Part shown: piece after piece, positions 50,647 to 63,040 of the stretch
How the letters are laid out: each line of letters starts with the position of its first letter
Position numbering within the stretch: position 1 is the first letter of the stretch
Assembly (NCBI GenBank): GCA_000320545.1
Contig: ADNK01000619.1
Coordinates: forward strand, 9,067 to 73,066
DNA: 64,000 bases
From: Bigelowiella natans CCMP2755
Taxonomy: Eukaryota > Protista > Cercozoa
Direction: 5' to 3'
Program-made: the position numbers and the translations under genes
The notes under the pieces: model-generated
Told to the model about the DNA's origin: nothing
Seen by the model: only the letters and a program-made list of their open reading frames with translations
The model's database searches: none

Positions 50647-52272
50647 AACCTACTCCTCAGTATGTTGGATGATTGATATGAATCGCTCTCATCATCATCA
50701 TCATCATCATCGTCGTCGTCATTGCTTCTTAAGGTTGAGAAAGGCACAGGAGGCAGGAGACATGATGTCTACTGTAACGATTGCTCAGATACTGTAATAA
50801 ATACAGCAACATATAAATAAGATTGTGATGCCTCCATAGTTTTCATCACGACTACGACTCTGGAGAGGGGGGGGAAAGGGGGGATTAGGATTTGAAAGCA
50901 GATAGATTTGCGGAAGAAATAGAGGAGAAAGAGAAGAGGAGAACAAAGAATTGAAGTTATAAGAAGAGTCTGTCGTTTGTGGTGGTGCCAATTGGTATTT
51001 TGCTGTCTCAGTACTACTTACTGCTGCTTCCAAGATTTCTTAAATAACAACGACTCACAACAACACGACGACGAATCCTATACAAAGATCTCTCATCATC
51101 GTCATCACCATCGTTCATCACATCAGGTATGATGGAGAAGGAGGTGTGGCTCCTAACTGCCGTCTTGCTGCCAGACTTTACAAGTTTGCAGCTCAGAAGA
51201 ACAATCCCCAGGCACAGGTATTGGGAAGTAGAAAGTGCTGATGGTGAATCTTTTAAAGTAGTCTCTTCATAATTGTCACGGTGGAAGTAGTGATTGCCTG
51301 CCCCCTCCCCCTCCTCATCTGCAGGTATGGCTTGGCGCGTGTTACCAAGATGACTTGGTGGGCGGTTTCTCTTATGAAGATGATCATGAAGAGGCGGAGG
51401 AGGAGGAAGGGGAAGAAGAAGCACTCGATGAAGATGCAGTCAGGGTAGTAAGTTGTTAGTCTTGTGCTGCTATTATATCGACTATATCATCATTATCATC
51501 GTCATCATTAGCATCGACGACTATGAGGTTTTGATTTCAACATCTATCCTACCACGCACATGTAGCACCGGAAGGCTTTTAAATGGCTCCAGCTGGCTGC
51601 AGAGAATGGAGAGGTACGTTCGATGTAACAAGTGAGAATGATTAGTAACCACAATGAAATGATGTGAGGACATTATAATAATGAGCTTCTTCCATATTGG
51701 GTGGTTTGTTTTCTCCCTCTGTGTTATTCTTGTTCCTTGATATCAAATCAGGCTGAAGGGATGTATCGCCTGGGTGATGACTAATTACTGCAATCACAGC
51801 AAAAATGATAATCATGATCATTATCATCTCAAACATGGCGACGACCATTTCTTTTTGATACTGAATGAGCCTCAATGCTGTTTATATTTTCGTCCCTATC
51901 CCTACTAATTATTGTATGTGTGTGTGTGTGTGTGTGTGTGTTCTCTGTTTCTACCGATTATCATAAACGAAGGACTATGCTATTTGAGAGGCGAGGGAGT
52001 CAATGGAGGAGAAGATATATCTGAGGGCAGAAAATGGCTTTTCAAAGCAAGGTAGGGAGATGCAAGGCCATCAAGTTGAGATAGATTAATCATGATGAGA
52101 CGTGTGTACTCGCTAAAGATGATGATGTTTTTTGTTATTTCAATGTTGCTGATCTTCCTCGAGTTTCATTGTTGATTTCGTTATCATTTGTAGTGAAAGG
52201 GGATTTGAGCCAGCAACTGACCACTTGAGAAGCATGGGAATGATTGATAGCAATACGACGAAGATCGAGTAA
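42468..52272 (+). CDS. Sel1-like (TPR) repeat protein with a probable PDZ-like segment and possible RanBP2-type Zn-finger half; start unresolved
   Basis: AEQGQIHAQ|YDLGMAYLHG...K|ALTWLRESAFFGHPRAKDQL; GVGVNAEDPKALLWFGNAA; AARLYKFAAQKNNPQAQ; KAFKWLQLAAENGE|AEGMYRLG|LCYLRGEGV...EGRKWLFKA|SERGFEPA...KIE* at 52272; ELGLVLKG|GVVVKVTEGSLPMLQGVAPGFEIV; RWKCGSCNIF. Confidence 0.78.
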
Positions 52273-53320
52273 AGATCGATTGTTGATACAGCCAGTGTAG
52301 ATACTACTCTCCGTTGTACGGTATGAATGATGAAATGACTTGCGTTTAGTCCTAAATCCTCAATTGCTACATAGCGACAACAATGAGGCGCCTCGCATGC
52401 ATGCGTACGCCTAGACGACGACACGTACGGCTCGTACATGCAGTTGCTACATGGCGAGCATGCGTATTGCGCAGGCCATGCTAGCATGGCCAGGTCGTTA
52501 CGCAAAGCAAAACCTTACATTGCATGCAGGAACTAAAGTAGCCGCTAAGAATAATAAACGATAGGCGGCACATAACAATGGACGTACAACGTAATATTAT
52601 ATGAATGCTACATGCACATTACATGTTACATACTAGCTTATGTCTAGTGCAAATATTGCTTGTGTTCAATGTCGATCATGCTAGTGAATAGCACAGTGTG
52701 TGCCGCATAGAAGACAGCCATGTGCCAAAATATTAGATGTAATGTCTACATGGTACGTGGCATGCAGCATCCAGAGTAAGATCACATCTAAACATCGCAC
52801 AGACAGACAAGTGTGTGATGCGCGTGCACTCACACGCATACAACACACATCGCAGTAGCTACAAACATGTCTGTCAAACTAGCTGTTGGCCACTCATTAA
52901 TCGACGTCATCACCACACATGGATCGCAGCGACGACACCAAACAGAGTGACGACAATCGAGAGGGAAGCTCGCGCTACTGCACGCATTGTGCTGCAAAAC
53001 ACCACACCATACCCACTAGCTCCACATGAAATGAAAATTTCCTACTACAATCAGTAGGTAAACATCCCAAAATTCACAACCCAAAATTTTACCCACTCTA
53101 CTACTGCAGACCGACCTGCTGCTTAAATGAATTCATTCCAGCAGGAGGTCCGCAGTAGGAGGTGAAATTGCGAATCGCATTTTTTTGACAATTTTCCTAC
53201 CAAGAGCAGTGAGGAATTTTTTGTAGGGTGTGCCGCCCCTAACACAGCAGCACAACGTCGATGACATGCTAGCATGGATGCTTTCGCGTGTATGGAGCAA
53301 ATGACAGCAGAAACAATTAG

Positions 53321-53425
53321 ACAACATGAGCGCTGTAGCCGTTGCTCTGCATGGCTGCATTAGGATGACCATTGAAAGTGTTATTTAATCACATCATTAC
53401 ATTCGTCTCATACATAGTAGCGAAT
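53321..53425. repeat. Third copy of the short dispersed repeat at 37661-37860
   Basis: acaacatgagcgctgtagcc...tgcatggctgcattaggatgaccattgaa...attacattcgtctcata. Confidence 0.85.
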
Positions 53426-53606
53426 AAGCTGGGTTATTTATGCATAGAATCTGCTTTCATGTTATGCTCGTCGACTAATGGTGTATGAGATTATATATCA
53501 TTAGCATAATGGATATATGGAGTTTTCCCACTTTAAGAATAGATTATGAATGAAACTTATATGCGAGACATAATGAATCGCTTGTAGAGTGGCGTGCGAT
53601 ATCCAC

Positions 53607-55164
53607 TTAAAGATCCCATCCATCATCATCAGCATAATCTGAGGATGATTCTCCCTCGTCTCCTTCGTCAAGCATCTGGTCTCCGATATCCTCCATGGCG
53701 GCGAAGTCAACTGTGTAACGAAGGATACCTCCAATTCCCCCGAAACCCTTGCAAAATTGCGCACCAAGTTGCGACTTATTTGTAATAAAATCCAACTTTG
53801 CCCCAAAATTCGAGTAGTTCTGAGCGAGCCATTCTAGAAGTGGCATTTTGTCTTTGACATCTAGCTTGGCCTTTGTGGACTTGTCAACGAAGTTTGAAGC
53901 AATGGTTTCCTGCTCTGGAGTGAGAAACTTGACGGATTCCTCACCTGTTTCAGCGTTCTTAACTTCTATCCTCTGGATCTCAAGATTTTCCCAAACAATC
54001 AATGTTTCGCAAGCCCCAAGATCGAGAGCGTTAAGAGTATCCTTCACACCATAGCAAAACTTTCCAGTGTCTTTGGAGATATGCTCGAAATAATCTGTTA
54101 AAAGTTTCTTCTCACGAACATATTTTACATTCGCCAGCGCATCTTGGGCGAGTTCGATCGCTTGGTTGAAACCGTTTTCCCCACCATAAGAAACGTCAAC
54201 AATTTTGGTTACAATTGCAGAGAGACGATTATCAAAAAGGTCGGAGGAACTTAGTTTCTGCTTGAACTCGGCTGAACCAGCAAGGACAAGTCCAGACACA
54301 TTAGGCTTATCATTGGAAATGAAGAATTGAGTGGCCATTTCAGCAACTTTCCTCACATAGTTATGACGCTTCTCAAGACGAAGGCGGGCAAAACGTAAGG
54401 CTGACTGACCACCTCGCCCGTGTTTCTTTGGTAGATCGACAGTGAATTTGTGCAACACTGTTCTCGTATTCCCTTGAAGTACTCCAAAGAGTGAACCATT
54501 TCCATCCATCACAATGAAACCAAACTTCTCGTCACTTTCAAGAAGTTCTGCTAATGCCTGACAAACAAACAACACAACAGCAACGATTACTCTTTTATGG
54601 ATATATCTTCCATTTACGTTGCACATGCTATTTTTACCTCGGTGTGAAACTTGTTGTCACACAGATACAAGGAGGTGTTGATGGGTTTGAAAGGCTCCAA
54701 GGCAAAGGAGACTTTCTTCTCCTTATTTTCTTGAGTCAAAATTGTTCCGCAGTACAGTACAAGCCCATTGTCGGGGACTTTGCTGTAGAGTTTCAGCTTC
54801 TGTTGAACAGAAGTTATGGCACCCAAGACGGAAAGACGATTCACACGGGACTTAATATTCGATGCAGTTCCATACTCGTCACCCAGCATTTTGTTAACTC
54901 TGGAAATCTGATCCTTTGGCGGAACAATGAGGGAGATCATGCTAGTCCCATTTCTAGTGCAATTTTACAGGAAGACAGAAACATTGTATTAATAAGGTTG
55001 TTACAATGTCAATGTTGGATACGGCAAATCATAATTTGATACCCTCTTGCATTCTGCAGTGTCTTGATGAGCTGCTTGATCTTCCATTGGTGCACGGCTT
55101 TGTCCTCATCGGACATTTCCTTGCTCCCTTGCTTGAACTCTCGTCTAAGGGCCTTGTCTGCCAT
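53607..55164 (-). CDS. ETF1: Eukaryotic peptide chain release factor 1
   Basis: [59 protein letters not shown]; three coding exons. Start is either 55164 or the downstream MSDED; probable 5'UTR intron. Confidence 0.98.
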
Positions 55165-55803
55165 CTGACAAGACAGTAAAGTTTAAAAATGTTGCTCGGA
55201 GTGTTTCTGCTTTCCCTTCGGAACCCCCCCCCCTTCCTACCTTGTTGGAGTTGGGCGGCTACGGAGAATGTCAGACGTAATGACTTCCTACTTCTACAAT
55301 TACCCCCGCTACTGACCGTTCCAATGTAAAAATGAAAAGCGATTAAGCCTGAATTCCCTTCGAAACTTCGTAAAACGCTGAAATCGGGCTATATTTGGCC
55401 CGTGAGCAGGAGTAGAGGAGAAAGAAATACAAGACACTTCTCCGCCAGCTCCGCACATGTGAGAATTCCTCAAAATCCTAGGAAATCCACGGAAATCCAG
55501 GGTTTTTTTCACATCTTTTTACGAGATCGAAAAAGCCTCATGGAATCTAGTTCATTATTCTTTAACGACAACACAAATAACCAACCCGCCCTTCCGATTC
55601 GTAACATGTATGACATCAATGGCACAACATGCTCCACAACAATTTCTACAACAACTTTTCCTTACTGCTCTACAACACTGCTTACAACAACTTTCCTGCT
55701 GTTAGCGCCGTGACATCGTGCGACTGGCACACGCACATCCCTGCCCCTCCTCTCCAACTTCGAATTGCAATTCATTTTCTTCGTGGTTGAAGAGTACATT
55801 GAT

Positions 55804-57463
55804 ATGAGTCGGAGGTTGGTGTTTGTTACCGTGGCAGTGTTTGCACTGTTACTCGACTGCATCAGCGTTGAGGCCTTCGAACGGGCCAGGAAAGCAGGAT
55901 CCAAGCGAGCTTCTTCCGCTCGCAAGGCAGCAGAGAATAAGCCAGCTACTAAACCTGTCAAGACTATCAACGAAAAAACGGGGGGTGGAAATCCCACAAT
56001 TTCTGGCAAGAAGAGAGAAAAAAGGACGAGTAGTACAAAGAAGGATCAGCAGCGAAAAACTCCGGTTGCAGCAGGAAGTGGTTTTCCAGATGATGGACTG
56101 TTGAAATACACGATGGAACACTCTCTCGGTCTAGATGGTGGCTTCGTCAATAGAACAGAGTACGTGATGTGATCTTTTGTCATGTTGCAAACATATAGAT
56201 TGATGAATCTTGCATCAGCGTGACTGTCAAGATTTTACGTGGGGGAAGAGGGGCGGAGGTGAAAATTGGAGGCTATATCTTTGACAAAGATGCAGTGAAG
56301 AACTTTAAGGTTGAATCTATTGCTGCAGTAAAAGAAGTCTCATAATAAGTATATCATCAATGTACTAATATCTTCACCACAACCGTTGTTTCACATCTTT
56401 CGTGAAACCACGTGTTGGTACTACCACCTGAAGTATCCCGCCTCCTCCCCACTACAATCCATACATAACCACCACATTATAGAATAGCGCCGCATCACCA
56501 TCCATCTCTTCCCTCAGGATCTTGTGGGCTCAGATGCTTACTACCGTGTTCAAATCAAACCGAAGACAAAAAAACAGTCCTCAACGGAGTTCCCCATGGC
56601 GTCCGTAAAAGCGGTGAATCACATTGCAAACGAATATTAATTGCGTGCTCCTTCTTCATCGTTTGGCTAAATTGTCCTTACATTAATCTCAGTGTGCTCT
56701 GGAAATGTCAGGCTTCTTAGAAGCTTTCACGTTTCACGTAATCATCTCCTACAGCATCACTAACTTCAACAACAATTGTGATATTTGCATTTGTAGCTGG
56801 CAGTAAAATGCTTATATATTTGTCAAGTTTACTGCAAATCAAGTTTATATAATCATCCGATTCCATATTTTCCTCAATTCTATTAGCTTGATTCATTTGG
56901 GAACGTACTGGCACTTGATTACAAGACCCCTATTGTAGCATGCGGCGGCAAAAAACCGAAAAAAAAGGTGATGCAAAATCATATGTAATGGTTTACTGCT
57001 GTTGTAAGTCCAAGCGTGAGAATAATAATAATAATAATATGATGATGATGACAAGATAGCTTAACTTCATTATTGCATATGGACAAACACTTATTATTCC
57101 ATACGAACACAGGTTGCAGAAGGAATCAAGTTTAGGTCGAAAGGTAGAATAGCGAGCGTACAAGAGGGCAAGAAGTACGTGTGAATTCAGTTGTTATCAT
57201 CCTTCACAAACATGTTGTCACTGATGGATTGAATCTTCAGGCCGGATCTGACAAAACTGATTCTGGCTGAAAAGAATAAAGCTGCGCCACAGAAATCCTT
57301 CTTTCAAAAATATGTAATTTACATAGCCGTTTTTTAACTTGGTTAATTTTTTAACACAAAATTGTTGATTGTATTCGGGTTGTGACATACATATCGTTAT
57401 TTTTTCCAGTGGATGTTCATTGCGATCGGCGTCGTCGTACTATTTTCGGCGGGTGGAGCATAG
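55804..57463 (+). CDS. EMC10: ER membrane protein complex subunit 10-like
   Basis: Signal peptide; YTMEHSL...FVNRTE; DAYYRVQI; MASVKA|CALEMSGFLEAFTFH|LDSFGNVLALDY; C-terminal KSFFQKY|WMFIAIGVVVLF, characteristic of EMC10; stop 57461-57463. Confidence 0.85.
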
Positions 57464-58085
57464 AAGCAGGCCGCATGTTCTATTGGAGATACTCGACATC
57501 CAACATGATAGCATAGTGATGCGCTAGCTGGCGCTATATAATGATCGATATACTAGTAATTTGTGAGGCTTCATGTCTCCATGGGAGGCGAGAAAGATCT
57601 TAGAAGATCGTTGTGTAATATGTACACGCTGTACCATGTGTACTAGTGTTAGCTGAGATCGCTACAGCTGTACATGCTAGCATGCTCGTACATACATGCT
57701 TTGAGGAAATTGCTTGAACTTGAATTGCTTGGCATTGATTTGTTAGCTAGCTGGTAGTAGTTGCTGACGGCCAACATAGGCTAACGCCTAATGATAGACA
57801 TGCAGCAGCGAAACACGGTACGCAAATCAGACATCTACAACGTACAATGTCGTTTCGCTCATATGCATGGCACGCGCAACGTTCTAATTACATCGCGCCT
57901 GCTGCATACATGGGAATTATTTATGAACAAATCCTATCATCTTGCTGCATCGAAGTGTTGCATATTCACAATTTTGAGGCAACACAACGATTTTATGATA
58001 GACATGCAATACACAATATATATAATATATATAGTGTATTGCTGTGTCTATTATTTTTTACCAAGCCTTATTGGTGGGCTAAGTA

Positions 58086-58943
58086 TCAATTATTCTTCTT
58101 TCCAGCTAAAGTTGGATCCACATGGTCAGATTCATCATGACCTTTTTTGCAATATGCACGAATGTAGAACCTCGAAAATAATAACATAAAAAAAGCAGCG
58201 TATAGTGCAGCATAAGGACAGAAACTGTAGTGAAGATAGCCGATTGAGCATTGCGTAAATCCCAATACAAATTGAATGATTTGCACCACTGTGATGAGCT
58301 TCTTCACTGATAGTGGCGTAGATTCAGCGCCAAAATAAGATCGAAAAGCCCAATATCCATACATAATTATATGAACAAAACTATTAAGTGCAGCGAGAGG
58401 AGCCACACTCATCCATGGTGCAAAGTTGACACTTATTTCTGCAAGGATTAGAATCGATGAGTGATGATATACATGCAAAAAGGAGAGTTGGCGCCATTTC
58501 TTTCGCAAGATGATTAAAACTGTATCGATGAGCTCAATATACTTTAAGACACGATACATCCCAAACGCTCGCGATATCATTTCCTGGTTAGAACCGGCTG
58601 AGTGGAAGAAAATGGCCTGAAGCCCGCTGGCCCAGGTAGATTGCAAAAAGAAGCACAAATTCACCGTAGATGCAATCGATATACTTCCATTGAAAGAGGC
58701 CATGAAGAATCGTTGAAGATCATTCTGTTCTTCAGAAACTGCCTTATTTTGGGAGTTGTCTTTCATTTTGTTTCTATTGGTCATCGATTTCCCCTTAAGA
58801 ATTTTCGGAGCTGCAGTGCAGGAAAATATATACATCATTGCAACCCAGAGTCCGGGTACATGAAGCAAATTAGAAAGTGTAAGCGGCTGCAAATATTCCG
58901 GAGGGGGGGAGCCTCCTGCGCTCAGCGCTATCGTATCATTCAT
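58086..58943 (-). CDS. Fatty acid elongase (ELO/GNS1/SUR4 family), intronless
   Basis: KYIELIDT, SFLHVYHH histidine box, NSFVHIIMYGY, ITVVQIIQF, C-terminal KKNN dilysine ER signal. Confidence 0.96.
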   Translation of the reverse strand: MNDTIALSAGGSPPPEYLQPLTLSNLLHVPGLWVAMMYIFSCTAAPKILKGKSMTNRNKMKDNSQNKAVSEEQNDLQRFFMASFNGSISIASTVNLCFFLQSTWASGLQAIFFHSAGSNQEMISRAFGMYRVLKYIELIDTVLIILRKKWRQLSFLHVYHHSSILILAEISVNFAPWMSVAPLAALNSFVHIIMYGYWAFRSYFGAESTPLSVKKLITVVQIIQFVLGFTQCSIGYLHYSFCPYAALYAAFFMLLFSRFYIRAYCKKGHDESDHVDPTLAGKKNN

Positions 58944-59496
58944 AACTCCTCTTGATGTAAGTTTTGAGGCAGCGAGTTAGCAGAACATTGTCGCGCACAA
59001 CACGCAACAGCTCTGTTGTCGTTCAGAACAATAATCATAGGGAAAATCACCTAGATTTGTACGACCGGTAGAAATGATATGGAATACAGTCTGTTTTTGC
59101 TCTACGACATGGGACAAACAAACAACTAGCCTCACACTACTCGTAATGACTAACAGCAGTTTCGCCACGTGCATGCGAGCACCACCACATCGGCCACACG
59201 CGCATGCATGCTGAGGGAGAACAAGTAGCAGCGTTATTAAACCGAAAGAAGAGGCAGAAAGACTCTTCTTTATAGGATTTCATTGCAGAGTATGGCTGCT
59301 GCGTAAGCCTGCAAATGGCCTCTGTTTATCCGAAGGCCTTCTTTTCGTTACTTCCTCCGTTAAGTAGACGAGCTTTGGATACCGCAGCAAACTGTAGGCT
59401 CTGCGGCAGAACAAAATCCAAGCACAAAAATCCACACGCTTGCAACACAAAAAGGTTAGAGCTGGATTTTGTGACAGTGGAACTTCAACAAGCTCT

Positions 59497-61003
59497 ATGC
59501 TTGCTCTGCTCCCGTTGATTATGCTTTCGACGATGCCTCTAAGCTCGAATGCTGATGAGGGGTGCTATTCCTGATGATATTCACGCAGATTTAGTTTACA
59601 ACAGTTTATTGAGTCTGGTTGTTTGTATTCTCCAAGGGTAGCTTTTACCTTCAAAGATAATATTTGTCCAACAAAGCCCTGTGCAAATGGAGGAGATTGC
59701 TCCTTCAATGCTCAGGTGATTGATGAATGAGGAGGCTATCATCATCATCCTCATCATTCTTCACTGCATCGTACCATGCATCGTTTGTGAGTTTTACTAC
59801 TATTAGGTAGGAAGTTACACATGCTTCTGTCATTGTGGATACAGGGGTGCTAACTGTACAATCAACCCGCCTGGAACATGCTCCGAATATGTAACAAATT
59901 TACCAAGAGTGTTGATGTCTTCCTTGCGAATAATTTATCCGCGTCACAACTGCTATTAGTCCTGTGGACAAAGGGGGAAATGCGTAACAGAAAGTCGTAA
60001 AAGGGGAAGATTAAGGCAAAATACGTGCACCTTTACCAGGTGCTCGTATATTATGTACGTCTCCGAATAAAATCCTGACGAAAGCTCTTTGTCAGGTGTC
60101 AGTGCGAAGTAGCTTGGATGAGAGGCTACAGATGTGAGCAAGACTGGGTTTGCAATTATCACGTATTTTCTTTCGCTTAATCATTGAGAAGCTTTTTGCA
60201 GAGCAAATGCTATACTAACGGGACTTTTTGTGGAGGGAATGGTAATTGATCATTCAGAACTTTAAGTATGTATGTGATATTCATGCTTGGTTTTCCAGGG
60301 AGATGTAAAAGGCAGCAAAGCGACGACAGCTACTGCTGCAACTGCTATGTGCGATTTTCAACAATGATGCATTCTCCAAAAATCTAAAGTTAGTTGTCAT
60401 CATCAAAATTTAGGAGGGATTTACTGGGCCTCAGTGTCTGGAAAAGGTGTAGTAATTCTACAATATGTTGTATTTACTATCCTGAACTTTAAGTTACCAG
60501 GTGCTAAAAAAATCTTCAATATCAAGCTCTGAAAATTTTCTCTTCAACTTCGCTAAAATACTTCTGGGAATAATATTATTCGGTAATCCTAGGTAATCCA
60601 GTTTTTTTAAGTTCAGTTTAGACTTACCAATTCTCAAATTGCAACTATTGCTTGTTTTTCCTACAAATGCAATAGCTTTGACTTGCTTGAGCTACGTTTC
60701 ATTTTTCAACCAGGAGCTGTGTTCCAACTACTTTATCTTCTTGTCGACGAGCGATTAAAAACGGTCTGCGTCTTTCAGAACAGCGGCAGGGAAGAGAAAC
60801 AATGGGAACCAGAGTTTTTGTGCGAATTTCTACCTCAGAACCTTGCCCAGAAACACATTCTTTCAATAACGAAGAAGAGCTTAAGCTACCAAATTAGTCT
60901 TAGAGCGTTCGAATCACACACTGATGTCGAGTATCGGGCAGATGCAGCAATTTATACGCGTAGTGATTTCGATCTCGCTGTGCATAGCATAGCTATCGAA
61001 TGA
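59497..61003 (+). CDS. Type-I membrane protein with about three EGF-like domains
   Basis: Signal MLALLPLIMLSTMPLSSNA; CPTKPCANGGDC...YTCFCHCGYRGANC; SCGQRGKC...CQCEVAWMRGYR; FCGGNGRC...YCCNCYGGFTGPQC; hydrophobic FAKILLGIILFG|AVFQLLYLLV. Confidence 0.82.
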
Positions 61004-61418
61004 CTGTGTATCAAGGGGCATGCGTGCGTGCCGGCAGTACGTAGCGATATGTATATGTGCTACGTAGGACGAACAACATTTGCTTAAAGCTAGCAGCGTT
61101 ATAAAATATAATTAATGATTTTGCTAATTGCGCAATAATATGCTATGAATTTCTCCAGTTGGTCATGATTGATGTGATATCTGTATCATGCGCGAGTCCG
61201 TTATGCCGGTATGTACTAGTGTACGTCGTCGGACAGTGTTGCAGTGCGATATGCGATGCATATGCAATGCTATGTGCCGCTCGCAGTAGCACTACGCGGC
61301 TAGTAATACATGGAGTAAGACGGAGCTCATGTACTTGCTGATCCAATACTAGCTAGCTGAAAATCTAAATGTGGCAGCCGCAAAAGGAATCCCATGTATA
61401 CCAGCTGATTGTCACTTT

Positions 61419-62284
61419 CTACTTTTTATTTTGCCTTATCTGAGTGGAGGAAATATCCAACCGGAACTCGCTCTCAGGTATCTCAATGAAGCATTTGGAA
61501 AGTCTGCGATTAAGAATAATATATAAGAGAAATACCATTCATGACACACCACCGTCTCTTCATTTCTCCCACATTATTATTTGACAAATGGTGATGGTTA
61601 TCAAAATAAGAATGATGGTATGGATGATGGGGAAGATGCTGTCATCATCATGGATAAAGTATGAGCATCAAAGCTCTTTCCTACCCTTCCCAAATCTCAG
61701 GATCTAGCGCTTTCACAGCTTCTGCGGAATCAGCATTACAAAATGAGTTCTGTTCTTTATACTCAAACTCGAAGCAACATGCAAGCATGCATGCCCGCTG
61801 CTGCAAGTAGTACCTTTTATCGTTGCCATGGTTTGGAGAGAACCGCTACTAGTGACTCGTGCCCCCACCACAAATCGGATACCAGCATCATATAACCGCC
61901 TTAATTATTCAGTCACCAAAACATAGAGTGAGAGGGAGAAGCAACACAGCATTGTCGTTGTTGTTGTTGTCGAATTTAGCACAAATAATACAAGGATCAG
62001 CAACGCATCATTCCATTTCTACCACAAGTAATTAGTTTTGATCCTTTTTGCCTTCTTTTTTTTAATCGATTTCTATTCTATATTTCCTCCAGCAGGAGCA
62101 GCAGCACATCTTACATGATCGCCGTGTACATGGCCAACTTGCTGTTTCCATAATATTTAGGATCCACAATTCTGGCAGCATTGATGATGATGACGATGAT
62201 GATGAACAACCACCACGAACGATCAGTTATCGGCACCGAATCAAAAAGAAAAAGAAGGGAGTAAGCTCATGACAGCAGAGTAAG

Positions 62285-62324
<40 letters not shown>

Positions 62325-63005
62325 TTGAATGCATATCATCCATCATGAGAATTTATGGCGTTGCAAGCGACAGAAGATATAAGAAAATAAAAACCAAGAT
62401 GCCGCCACTGATGCTGCTACTGCTACTGCTACTGCTATTGCTATTGCTGCTGCTGATGATGATGATGATGAGATAACGTTGATAAATGAATGTAGTCTAA
62501 ATCTTCGTAGGATCGTATATTTTGGTTATCCTCCTTTGGCATGATCTCATACAGTCACCAACGCCATCATGATGATGATGATCATCATCATCATCATAAT
62601 CACTCTCACCTTATTGCTGTATCAGCCCCTACAACAAACCAGCAACCAGGAAACAGTTTGGCCTTCTCACTGAAGAGCTAAGCAGCATTTAGCAGTAGTA
62701 ATTAGTAGCGGTAGTAGTATTAGTACAAGTTATGCCCCTCCCCCTCCTCTGAACAATAATACTGAAAACGGTGATAATAATATCCACGAAGAGAAGCAGG
62801 GCGAAGAACAAGAAGAAGATCCAACCGAGGAAGTAGACAGAACGACTGGCCACGGTCCATCTACAGCATTTACAAACTGCTTCACACGGCTCTCTGCTTC
62901 CTCGTTTCCTATTTCTCCCTTTAGTAGCAGTAGTAAGTAGTAGTAGTATTGGAACTGGTAAGTAGGAATGGTAATCGATAGAGAGTAATATATCCACAAA
63001 ATAGA

Positions 63006-63040
<35 letters not shown>

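Noticed and set aside
54614-55164. eRF1 variant indicating stop-codon reassignment
   Set aside because: GTS, TASNIKS and YLCDNKF motifs are canonical, and genes here end in TAA, TAG and TGA.
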